From a virus, in IMG/VR virus record IMGVR_UViG_3300025597_000012: a DNA stretch of 64,000 nucleotides; one strand, 5' to 3'. Positions within the stretch are counted from its first letter, which is position 1, and each line of letters begins with the position of its first letter. Positions 48,644 to 55,380 of this stretch are shown piece after piece. Under the pieces are notes generated by a model. The model worked only from the letters and a program-made list of their open reading frames with translations. It made no database searches and was not told the origin of the DNA. The translations under genes and the position numbers were made by a program.

Positions 48644-48714
48644 ATGCCTCTAAAGGACTCGAACCTGTAACTCTTGACCCAAAATCAAGCGTGTTGCCAT
48701 TACACTAAGAGGCA
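48644..48714 (-). tRNA. tRNA-Gln(UUG)
   Basis: Acceptor TGCCTCT/AGAGGCA (U1:A72) and anticodon loop TTTTGGG. Confidence 0.8.
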
Positions 48715-48719
48715 AAAAG

Positions 48720-48791
48720 CGTGGAAGGTGGATTCCGAGACCACAACACCTTGCTCTTCAGGCAAGTGCTCTACCTTTGAGCTACATCCAC
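48720..48791 (-). tRNA. tRNA-Phe(GAA), unusual T-loop
   Basis: Anticodon loop CTGAAGA. The T-loop is 9 nt (TCTCGGAAT) and there is one acceptor mismatch. Confidence 0.6.
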
Positions 48792-48798
48792 ATAATTG

Positions 48799-48872
48799 AG
48801 CCTGAGAAGGGAATCGAACCCTCAACCGCTAGTTTACAAAACTAGTGCTCTACCGATTGAGCCACTGCAGGC
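48799..48872 (-). tRNA. tRNA-Thr(UGU), bulged acceptor stem
   Basis: Anticodon loop TTTGTAA. The acceptor GCCTG(C)AG/CTCAGGC needs a 1-nt bulge. Confidence 0.6.
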
Positions 48873-48876
48873 ATAG

Positions 48877-48948
48877 TCTAGTTGACAGGGTTCGAACCTG
48901 CCTAGTCTTGCTCCCAAAGCAAGTGCCTAACCAATCGGCCACAACTAG
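48877..48948 (-). tRNA. tRNA-Pro(UGG)
   Basis: Perfect acceptor CTAGTTG/CAACTAG and anticodon loop TTTGGGA. Confidence 0.85.
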
Positions 48949-48952
48949 AAAT

Positions 48953-48977
48953 AAAAAACCCCGCTTTATAGGCGGGG
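48953..48977 (-). terminator. Intrinsic terminator (attenuator) immediately 5' of tRNA array 1
   Basis: Minus strand reads CCCCGC-CTATAAA-GCGGGG followed by TTTTTT. It ends 4 nt before tRNA-Pro. Confidence 0.7.
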
Positions 48978-49003
48978 CTTTAAGTATAATAATTGAGTTT
49001 CAA

Positions 49004-49078
49004 TTAGTTACACGTAGTGCATCCGCCACCAGATATTGTGGGCGTAAACCAAAAGCGTGTATGTTGAAACTGTTTCAT
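49004..49078 (-). CDS. Leader peptide L1 (24 aa) MKQFQHTRFWFTPTISGGGCTTCN
   Basis: Hand-translated, and below the ORF-track size cutoff. Codons 3-14 (Q F Q H T R F W F T P T) use only the 7 amino acids whose tRNAs follow, and they use all 7. It lies between the promoter and the terminator. Confidence 0.6.
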   Translation of the reverse strand: MKQFQHTRFWFTPTISGGGCTTCN

Positions 49079-49139
49079 ATTTAAAAAAGACCAATTCTAA
49101 GCGCGCTGTTCTATAGGAAGCGGAACTGGTATATTGATG

Positions 49140-49171
49140 CAAACTTACGAAGAATTTTTCAATCCTCCAAA
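49140..49171 (-). promoter_or_regulatory. Bacteroidota-type promoter of leader L1 / tRNA array 1
   Basis: Minus strand reads TTTG-N20-TAAGTTTG. Confidence 0.65.
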
Positions 49172-49204
49172 TTTATTTTGTTAAAATAACTAAAAAGAAT
49201 TAAT

Positions 49205-49741
49205 TTAACTTCCTAACTCATTGTCTAACAGACGTAAAGCTATTTTATCTGTACCAAAGGCAGCTAATCTATCCATAAGATTTTGAGTCTTTTCATGCTC
49301 TTCTATTTGTTCTTGTAAATATTTCATACCTAAAGTATAGAGCATAAAATCTGCTTCTTTTAAAGCATTAGCTGTCAATTCTTTACATTGCTTAGTTATA
49401 TCAATTTCATGTTGATAAGACTGTTTAATTATATCCGGTAAACCTGCAAATGTTTGTTTAGGTGAGTCTAGTTTTGGAGTTTCAGGTTGAACACCCATAG
49501 CTAAGAGATACTCTCTAGACCATTCTGCGTGTTTTAGCTCTTCCTCTGAATATTTTCTCCAAAGCTTTGCTGAACCTAGATAACCATTATTATTTAACCA
49601 CAGACTCATGGCTAAATATAGACGAGAAGAAAGCTCCTCTTGTTGGATTCTATTATTTAAAAATTGAACACATTTATTAGATAATAGTTCATTTTTACCT
49701 GTAAGGGAAATAGAATCTGTAGTTTTAAAATTAAGTTCCAT
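49205..49741 (-). CDS. Ferritin-like iron-storage protein
   Basis: IQQEELSSRLYLAMSLW...GSAKLWRKYSEEELKHAEW...SYQHEIDIT...LQEQIEEHE reproduces the spacing of ferroxidase-centre E/H residues in bacterial Ftn (compared from memory with E. coli FtnA). Confidence 0.7.
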   Translation of the reverse strand: MELNFKTTDSISLTGKNELLSNKCVQFLNNRIQQEELSSRLYLAMSLWLNNNGYLGSAKLWRKYSEEELKHAEWSREYLLAMGVQPETPKLDSPKQTFAGLPDIIKQSYQHEIDITKQCKELTANALKEADFMLYTLGMKYLQEQIEEHEKTQNLMDRLAAFGTDKIALRLLDNELGS

Positions 49742-49754
49742 TAAAAATTTTTCA

Positions 49755-49786
49755 CAAATATAACACTTTTTTGTGAAATTACCAAA
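49755..49786 (-). promoter_or_regulatory. Bacteroidota-type promoter of the ferritin gene
   Basis: Minus strand reads TTTG-N20-TATATTTG, 13 nt before the ATG. Confidence 0.65.
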
Positions 49787-49790
49787 TTTG

Positions 49791-49875
49791 TGAGAGTGGC
49801 TGGAGTCGAACCAGCACCCTTGCGGGACTACAGTTTTACAGACTGCTCCACCTAACCGATAGGTAGCTCACTCTC
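49791..49875 (-). tRNA. tRNA-Tyr(GUA), class II
   Basis: Anticodon loop CTGTAAA, variable arm CCC-GCAA-GGG and perfect acceptor GAGAGTG/CACTCTC. Confidence 0.8.
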
Positions 49876-49881
49876 AAATAG

Positions 49882-49967
49882 CGGAAACGAAAGGACTCGA
49901 ACCTTCAACCCAAATTAACGAGTAACGGTTTAGCAAACCGCTGCAGTACCATTATGCTTACGCTTCC
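49882..49967 (-). tRNA. tRNA-Ser(GCU), class II
   Basis: Anticodon loop TTGCTAA, long variable arm and T-arm GAAGG-TTCGAGT-CCTTT. Confidence 0.7.
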
Positions 49968-49972
49968 AATAG

Positions 49973-50056
49973 CGGTAGAGACAGGAATCGAACCTGTACG
50001 GCTATTACACCTTCATGGTTTTCAAGACCAATAAGCCCTCTCATTTGCGCTCTACC
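49973..50056 (-). tRNA. tRNA-Ser(UGA), class II
   Basis: Acceptor GGTAGAG/CTCTACC, anticodon loop CTTGAAA and long variable arm. The D-stem is weak. Confidence 0.6.
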
Positions 50057-50062
50057 AATATG

Positions 50063-50148
50063 TACTCCTGACTGGACTCGAACCAGCACGTCCATTTCTG
50101 GACAAGGGATTTTAAGTCCCTCGTGTCTACCAATTCCACCACAGGAGC
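50063..50148 (-). tRNA. tRNA-Leu(UAA), class II
   Basis: D-arm GTGGAATTGGTAGACAC, anticodon loop CTTAAAA and variable arm GTCC-AGAAAT-GGAC. Confidence 0.8.
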
Positions 50149-50153
50149 ATATG

Positions 50154-50237
50154 TAGCCTCGGAGAGACTCGAACTCTCACGTCCTTACGGACACTAGCTC
50201 CTAAGGCTAGCGCGTCTACCAATTCCGCCACAAGGCC
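50154..50237 (-). tRNA. tRNA-Leu(UAG), class II
   Basis: D-arm GCGGAATTGGTAGACGC, anticodon loop CTTAGGA and variable arm GTCC-GTAA-GGAC. Confidence 0.8.
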
Positions 50238-50240
50238 AAT

Positions 50241-50268
50241 AAAAAACCCCGACTATTGCTCGCCGGGG
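50241..50268 (-). terminator. Intrinsic terminator (attenuator) immediately 5' of tRNA array 2
   Basis: Minus strand reads CCCCGGC-GAGCAATA-GTCGGGG followed by TTTTTT. It ends 3 nt before tRNA-Leu. Confidence 0.7.
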
Positions 50269-50300
50269 TTTGAGGTTAAAGACCGTAGTCTAAAACAAGT

Positions 50301-50369
50301 TTACATAGTATTCCCAGCTCGATTTTTACTCGATAAACTGAGGGAATAATATGTGTTGTTTGTCTTCAT
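50301..50369 (-). CDS. Leader peptide L2 (22 aa) MKTNNTYYSLSLSSKNRAGNTM
   Basis: Hand-translated. Codons 7-14 are TAT TAT TCC CTC AGT TTA TCG AGT (Y Y S L S L S S). They use only Tyr/Ser/Leu and cover both Ser boxes and both Leu boxes, matching the downstream Leu, Leu, Ser, Ser, Tyr tRNAs. Confidence 0.6.
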   Translation of the reverse strand: MKTNNTYYSLSLSSKNRAGNTM

Positions 50370-50386
50370 TGCGTTTGAAAGGAATA

Positions 50387-50418
50387 CAAATATACGAAAA
50401 ATATTTGAAACTACCAAA
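50387..50418 (-). promoter_or_regulatory. Bacteroidota-type promoter of leader L2 / tRNA array 2
   Basis: Minus strand reads TTTG-N20-TATATTTG. Confidence 0.65.
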
Positions 50419-50424
50419 TTTTTA

Positions 50425-52368
50425 TTAATAAATATTTATTGCTAGTTTTTCTTTAAATAACTGCTTTTGGTAAAAGCGTTGTTTTAAAAATGAATATCTA
50501 TCGTAAGATTTGTTAATATCATATAATAAATTAGCTAATAAAGAGTTACCAACAGAAGCTATAAAAGTATTTATTTTTTGAAATAACGCTCTGAAATACA
50601 AGATATTAGTTTCTCTTGTAGGAAGGTGAATCTTTACTGATTTAGGTACTCTTACTGGCGGTGCTTCATTTACTGTTACCTGAACAGTATCTGTTCCTAC
50701 TGCACCATTGTTATCAGTAACTGTTAATGTAAATGTATATATTCCGGCTGCTAAACCGCTAACTATAGTAGTTGGTGAAGTAGGTGTTTCTATTAAATGT
50801 GCTGTAGGCCCACTTGTTTTTGTCCAATTATAAGAAGAAATAGTGCCATCTGTATCAGTCCCGCTACCATTTAAAGTTGCACTATTAGCAGGAAGAGTTA
50901 TAATTTTATCTTCTCCTGCATTTGCAACTGGGGCTATATTTTGTGCAGCAATTACAGTAATTATTACATTAGAACTGCCTGTTGCACCGTTATTATCAGT
51001 AACTGTAAGTCTAAAAGTATATATACCTGTAGATAAAGCACTTACAACCGTTGATGCGGAATTAGGTGATTGTATAGTAGCATTTGTAGGGCCACTAACT
51101 TGAGTCCAAGCATATGAAGAAATAGTCCCATCACTATCCGAACCGGTTCCGTTTAAAGTCACAGAACTTGCTGGTGCTTGTATAGATTGATTATTTCCTG
51201 CATTTGCAGTGGGTGGGGTATTTCCAACACAATTTGTTGTATATACTATTCCCGGTGTAACATCTATATCCGATGGAGAATTATCTGCTAATTTTGTATT
51301 TCCACAAATTATATTATCTGTGTTATATCTATTTGGATAATTTCCTCCATTATCATCAACACTAATATCAAAAGTTTGAAGAGAACCGCGAGAACCTGTT
51401 CTATTATTCTTGATAATAAATGTAGTATTCTCTACAGGAATTGTATTTCTTGGAGAAACAATAATAGCCCAAGGCCATACAAGACTATGGTCTAAACCAT
51501 CTCTTGTAGCTGAAGCAGGAAGAAATCCACTATGATTAATAGTATTATTTTCAATTCTTACATAAGTTCCTCCAAGTGAAGCAATACCCCAAACATAAGT
51601 ATAATCAATATTATTATCATGAATATACACTTTTGAATAAAGTCCTATATTAATACCGTTACCTTGACCATCACTAATTTCAAGACCTGCATTAGTAATT
51701 GTATTATTATAAATTTCACTTATACCAAGTTCAGCATCAGAAAGTTGAATAGCGGCACGACCTGTTTTATCAAATATGTTATGGTGAATTTTAAAATTAC
51801 CAAGGCGTGTCGGTTTATATTGTCCTTGAGTTGCAGGCACTCCATTACAAACAATAGGATTTCTATCTAACCAAAGAGCATTAGGGTCTGTAGAACCACA
51901 GTACATACCTTCGTATGTAATATTTCTTACTCTACAGTGATGAACTTCAATATTATTTATATACCAGTTAGGATATTGTAATGATGGGTCACAACTAGCT
52001 TCATTTTTAATCCAAAAACCAAAGGCTCCACCATCTATATCTATGTTAGAAACTTCTATATCAGAAACTCTTCCATGTAAAGAACATCCTGTTGAAACAA
52101 AACCATAGGTATCTGCTGAACCAGTTCCTAAAATTTTAATATGTGTACAATGTTCAATATCAAATGATACTTGAACTTGTCCGCCTTCATTTATAATGGT
52201 GATAGGCTGGTCAGCAGTACCATGTACTTCTGCCATATAAAAATAACTTCTAGGATTATCTGAAGCTCTAAGTACAATAGTATCTCCCGGATTAAAAATA
52301 CCCGGACTATTGATACCATTAAACATGTAACCGTTGTCTCCCTGTTTACCGGGATAATGTATTGCCAT
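50425..52368 (-). CDS. Right-handed beta-helix (polysaccharide lyase/depolymerase-like) protein with two PKD/Ig-like repeats
   Basis: Beta-helix repeat signatures NNTITNAG, IHDNNIDY and IENNTINHSG. Two repeats follow of the form ANAG.(D/N)..I..P...(V/A)TLNG(T/S)G(S/T)D(S/T)DGTISSY.WT.(V/T)SGPT. Confidence 0.55.
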   Translation of the reverse strand: MAIHYPGKQGDNGYMFNGINSPGIFNPGDTIVLRASDNPRSYFYMAEVHGTADQPITIINEGGQVQVSFDIEHCTHIKILGTGSADTYGFVSTGCSLHGRVSDIEVSNIDIDGGAFGFWIKNEASCDPSLQYPNWYINNIEVHHCRVRNITYEGMYCGSTDPNALWLDRNPIVCNGVPATQGQYKPTRLGNFKIHHNIFDKTGRAAIQLSDAELGISEIYNNTITNAGLEISDGQGNGINIGLYSKVYIHDNNIDYTYVWGIASLGGTYVRIENNTINHSGFLPASATRDGLDHSLVWPWAIIVSPRNTIPVENTTFIIKNNRTGSRGSLQTFDISVDDNGGNYPNRYNTDNIICGNTKLADNSPSDIDVTPGIVYTTNCVGNTPPTANAGNNQSIQAPASSVTLNGTGSDSDGTISSYAWTQVSGPTNATIQSPNSASTVVSALSTGIYTFRLTVTDNNGATGSSNVIITVIAAQNIAPVANAGEDKIITLPANSATLNGSGTDTDGTISSYNWTKTSGPTAHLIETPTSPTTIVSGLAAGIYTFTLTVTDNNGAVGTDTVQVTVNEAPPVRVPKSVKIHLPTRETNILYFRALFQKINTFIASVGNSLLANLLYDINKSYDRYSFLKQRFYQKQLFKEKLAINIY

Positions 52369-52378
52369 TTATTTTAAT

Positions 52379-52744
52379 TTAGGATATTACTTTAGTTGTT
52401 GAATCACTATAGGTTATAGTGACTATTTTTGTATCAAAATCTACTACTACATCATCTATTACTCTAGTAACAGTTACTTTTACACTATCTGAACTAGTTG
52501 CTCCTTTGTTATCAGTAGCAGTTAATTTAAACGTATAACTACCTAAAAGAAGTCCTGTAATTGTAGGAGTAAGGGTATTTTGTCCTGTAATTGTACAAGT
52601 ACCTCCGCTAGTTTTAGTCCAAACTACTGAAGAAATAGTACCATCAGGGTCTGTGGCAGTTCCAGTTAGAACTATTTGATTATTAGGAAGTTGTACTATT
52701 TTATCAACTCCTGCATTTACTATAGGTACTTTATTTATTGCCAT
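52379..52744 (-). CDS. PKD/Ig-like domain protein (start trimmed to MAINKVP)
   Basis: The same repeat type is present (VNAGVDKIVQLPNNQIVLTGTATDPDGTISSVVWTKTSG). The track start at 52780 lies inside the promoter, and the next ATG is 52744. Confidence 0.5.
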   Translation of the reverse strand: MAINKVPIVNAGVDKIVQLPNNQIVLTGTATDPDGTISSVVWTKTSGGTCTITGQNTLTPTITGLLLGSYTFKLTATDNKGATSSDSVKVTVTRVIDDVVVDFDTKIVTITYSDSTTKVIS

Positions 52745-52749
52745 ATTTA

Positions 52750-52781
52750 CAAATATACAAAAAAAAAACCATATTGCCAAA
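52750..52781 (-). promoter_or_regulatory. Bacteroidota-type promoter
   Basis: Minus strand reads TTTG-N20-TATATTTG, 5 nt before ATG 52744. Confidence 0.6.
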
Positions 52782-52784
52782 TTT

Positions 52785-53243
52785 CTAGTTTCGGCAAATA
52801 TGGTCTGCTGCTTTTGAAGCTATCATCTCGTCTGGTTTTACTAAAACATTATATCCTAGTGATTTAACCCAACCGGTAATAGCTGGAACAAGATTTGTTG
52901 ATTTTGTTATTTTTGCATTATTATAATCGAACTCAAGGGCTTCAAATTGGACTGGAACTTCTGCATTTATAGTTTGAGCTGTATCTATTGTTATTTCAGC
53001 TTCCTTCCATAAACGGCTAAAAGTATCCCTTATCCTAGGGATTCTTTGCTTTCTATATACAAAGTGTGCTCCCCTAAGTCCATATCTGAACACAACCGCC
53101 GTAGCGTAAACTGTATTCGACCCGTAATTCTGTGAGTCAGTAGCTATGTAAATCTTTAGGTTTGGATTCTGCTGTATTTGTTCTACAACGTGTTCCACTA
53201 TGTTTACTAACTTTCCTTCCTCTGTCCGAAAGTATTTGTCCAT
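52785..53243 (-). CDS. YkuK/DUF458-like RNase-H-fold protein
   Basis: The pattern LKIYIATDSQNYGSNTVYATAVVFRYGLRGAHFVYRKQRIPRIRDTFSRLWKEAEITI matches, from memory, the ..GTDSQ....tiv.H..g.Ga.f.Y.k signature of this family. Confidence 0.5.
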   Translation of the reverse strand: MDKYFRTEEGKLVNIVEHVVEQIQQNPNLKIYIATDSQNYGSNTVYATAVVFRYGLRGAHFVYRKQRIPRIRDTFSRLWKEAEITIDTAQTINAEVPVQFEALEFDYNNAKITKSTNLVPAITGWVKSLGYNVLVKPDEMIASKAADHICRN

Positions 53244-53255
53244 TGGTTTTATTTG

Positions 53256-53331
53256 TGGAATCTATGGGCATCGAACCCATCTGGTATTCTGCTTGCAAGG
53301 CAGACGACCACTCCAAGCAGTCCCAGACCCC
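53256..53331 (-). tRNA. tRNA-Ala(UGC)
   Basis: Acceptor GGGGTCT/AGATTCC includes the G3.U70 pair. Anticodon loop CTTGCAA and T-arm ATGGG-TTCGATG-CCCAT. Confidence 0.7.
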
Positions 53332-53456
53332 AAATGCGGGGGACTACGGCCCCCTAAAGATGTCTTATTAGGTTTCATCTCTGTCCCGGATTACGCTAGC
53401 GAGCTACCGGGGAAACCACGCTACATACTTTCGTAGAGGTTATGCGGGTTACACTG
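53332..53456 (-). other. Structured 125-nt spacer inside the tRNA array (not foldable as a tRNA)
   Basis: Nested stems GGTTTC/GAAACC and CCCGG/CCGGG, hairpin GGGGG-CCGTAGT-CCCCC and hairpin TAC-GAAA-GTA. No T-loop. Confidence 0.35.
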
Positions 53457-53529
53457 TGCTCACGCTAAGACTCGAACTTAGACTCTCTCGCGTATCAGGC
53501 GAGAGCTTTAACCATTAAGCTACATGAGC
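53457..53529 (-). tRNA. tRNA-Ile(GAU)
   Basis: Anticodon loop CTGATAC and T-arm CTAAG-TTCGAGT-CTTAG. Confidence 0.8.
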
Positions 53530-53581
53530 TGGAGAGGGACAGGTTATTTATACCTTCAAAGGACTCCCTCAGACCTCTTCG

Positions 53582-53654
53582 TACTCTCAAAGGGATTCGA
53601 ACCCTAAATTGCCTGTGTATAAGACAGGAGTTTTCACCGTTAAACTATGAGAGC
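53582..53654 (-). tRNA. tRNA-Ile(UAU)
   Basis: Anticodon loop CTTATAC and T-arm TAGGG-TTCGAAT-CCCTT. AUA codons are used three times in leader L3. Confidence 0.7.
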
Positions 53655-53801
53655 AAGTAAAGAGAGTGGGATTAGATTTCCGGGGATTGACCCAACCTGT
53701 GTCCTAATCTTATTTATCCTTGTACGGAGGCACACTCTCTTTGAATGGTCGGGCGGATTGCTTCTTTCAGCCTCAGACATTAATTACAATGTTGCCCGAT
53801 G
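53655..53801 (-). other. Structured 147-nt spacer inside the tRNA array (tRNA-like stems but no canonical cloverleaf)
   Basis: Acceptor-like pairs TCGGGC/GCCCGA and GAGAGTG/CACTCTC. Internal hairpins ACATT-GTAATTA-AATGT and GATTAG...CTAATC. No TTCGA T-loop. Confidence 0.3.
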
Positions 53802-53874
53802 CGGTCTATCACGGATTCGAACCGAGACTACCGCATAGACAGTGCGGCGTGTTCAACCATTACACTAATAGACC
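53802..53874 (-). tRNA. tRNA-Asp(GUC)
   Basis: Perfect acceptor GGTCTAT/ATAGACC and anticodon loop CTGTCTA. Confidence 0.8.
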
Positions 53875-54504
53875 ATAAACTTTATCCATGTTTGTTTTTC
53901 CGTTGCCATGAATAATCAACGGCTGAGTACCAGTTTTTTTATTAATCAGGATTCCATGTCTGTACTCAAAGTCATCTTCTGATTCAAAAGCTACAGATTG
54001 AAATAAATCACAGTTGGTATCCAACTTCATGTTATATTTATCTCTGTGCTTCAGATAAATTTCTGCTAAGTTAACTTGGTCATTATCACTATGTTTTATT
54101 GGATAATCCTCAAACATCTTGATAAATAAATCTACATTAACAAAGCATGCACCACCATTCAGATATTTCCAATCACTTTTTACTTTAGGATATTTTTCTG
54201 CCCAATCTGAATAAGGCCAGCATCCTTTTTCTGCGTTAAATATAATAGAATCAATATCATCTATTCTATCTATTGCTTGTTGCATTGTACCCAAAACTAT
54301 GATGTCATAAGTGTCTAGGATAAACAAGTGAGTACAATCTGTTTGCTTTGCATAGTTATAAGCGTTAACCATTTTACTACCATAAGCTTTATAGGTATCA
54401 GTCAGAATATCATAATTCCAATCAAACCTATCAAGTGAATCTTTAAACTGTTTAAACCCTTCGTGGTTTAAGTTGGTTGCTGTTCCTATTACGTTTACTT
54501 TCAT
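53860..54504 (-). CDS. GT-A glycosyltransferase resembling the collagen (LH3/PLOD-type) glycosyltransferase domain
   Basis: LFILDTYDIIV (DxD-like), FNAEKGCWPY, KYLNGGACFVNV and PLIIHGNGKT. From memory, these parallel VDSYDVI / FSAE.FCWP / FLNSGGFIG / VHGNGPTK of LH3. The 3' end overlaps tRNA-Asp by 15 nt. Confidence 0.5.
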   Translation of the reverse strand: MKVNVIGTATNLNHEGFKQFKDSLDRFDWNYDILTDTYKAYGSKMVNAYNYAKQTDCTHLFILDTYDIIVLGTMQQAIDRIDDIDSIIFNAEKGCWPYSDWAEKYPKVKSDWKYLNGGACFVNVDLFIKMFEDYPIKHSDNDQVNLAEIYLKHRDKYNMKLDTNCDLFQSVAFESEDDFEYRHGILINKKTGTQPLIIHGNGKTNMDKVYGLLV

Positions 54505-55289
54505 TTGAATGGATTATAATAAATAGATATTGTATTATTCTTATAACCCTGAACGGTTTCGTGATAGGTTTTCCATTGTTCAGAAGCATGGTTTTCTTTC
54601 CATTTCTGGTATGGTGTTCCTCCTGTATCTATGTGTTCTATCTCTATATGAGGTAAGAATACACTTTTAAACCCTGATAGTCTTGCTCTTATAGACATAA
54701 GGACATCATCAAATCCGTATAAACTAGGTTGGTATAAATAACCTATTTTATCAAGTAAAGCTGCTGAGTGCATAACACAAGTACCCATCACATGATTTAC
54801 TTGTTCTACTACTACCCATTTTTCACCGGGCTGGTGTTGAAGCATTAGTAATTCTGACTTATAAAAATCAGTTCTATTTGGTGATTCCCAACAATCTTTT
54901 CTTTTCAAGCCCACCTGTCCAATAGTATTGTCACGGCGAAAAACTTCTTCCATCTGTTCTATCCAACCTGATTGATGTATTACTACATCATCATCAATTT
55001 TAACACAATTCTCTCCGGGTTTTCTTTCTTTCCATGCTAAATTAATAGCTTCAGCAGTTCCTAGATTTTTATCATTCCAGATAACTTTATCAATTACAGA
55101 AAAAATTCCATTTGATTCAGAAAAATCTTCTATTATTTCTTTTGTTCTAGTAGTATAGGAATTTACAGAAAGTATTAATCTGTGTGAATCCCAGTCAACT
55201 GTTTTTTCTAAAGAATCTAATGTTTTATAAAGATATGTATCTTTATCATTATCTTCAGTACAATAAACAGCCATTGCTATTAAAGCCAT
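54501..55289 (-). CDS. Family-2-like glycosyltransferase (start trimmed to MALIAMAVYC)
   Basis: GT2-like N-terminal beta-strand, NLGTAEAINLAW and a KIDDDVVI DxD motif. The track start at 55331 lies inside tRNA-Glu. Confidence 0.55.
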   Translation of the reverse strand: MALIAMAVYCTEDNDKDTYLYKTLDSLEKTVDWDSHRLILSVNSYTTRTKEIIEDFSESNGIFSVIDKVIWNDKNLGTAEAINLAWKERKPGENCVKIDDDVVIHQSGWIEQMEEVFRRDNTIGQVGLKRKDCWESPNRTDFYKSELLMLQHQPGEKWVVVEQVNHVMGTCVMHSAALLDKIGYLYQPSLYGFDDVLMSIRARLSGFKSVFLPHIEIEHIDTGGTPYQKWKENHASEQWKTYHETVQGYKNNTISIYYNPFK

Positions 55290-55304
55290 TGGTTTTATTT
55301 TTAG

Positions 55305-55379
55305 TATTCTGGAAGGGACTCGAACCCTCACTGACCACAGTGAAAGTGTGGTGACTTATTCCAATTTGTCAACCAGAAC
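55305..55379 (-). tRNA. tRNA-Glu(UUC)
   Basis: Anticodon loop CTTTCAC and T-arm GAGGG-TTCGAGT-CCCTT. Confidence 0.8.
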
Positions 55380-55380
55380 A

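Noticed and set aside
53162-53838. Plus-strand ORFs across the tRNA arrays (53162..53371, 53200..53436, 53647..53838, 48845..49084, 56307..56522, 56588..56821, 57432..57740)
   Set aside because: They read through the antisense of tRNA genes and spacers.
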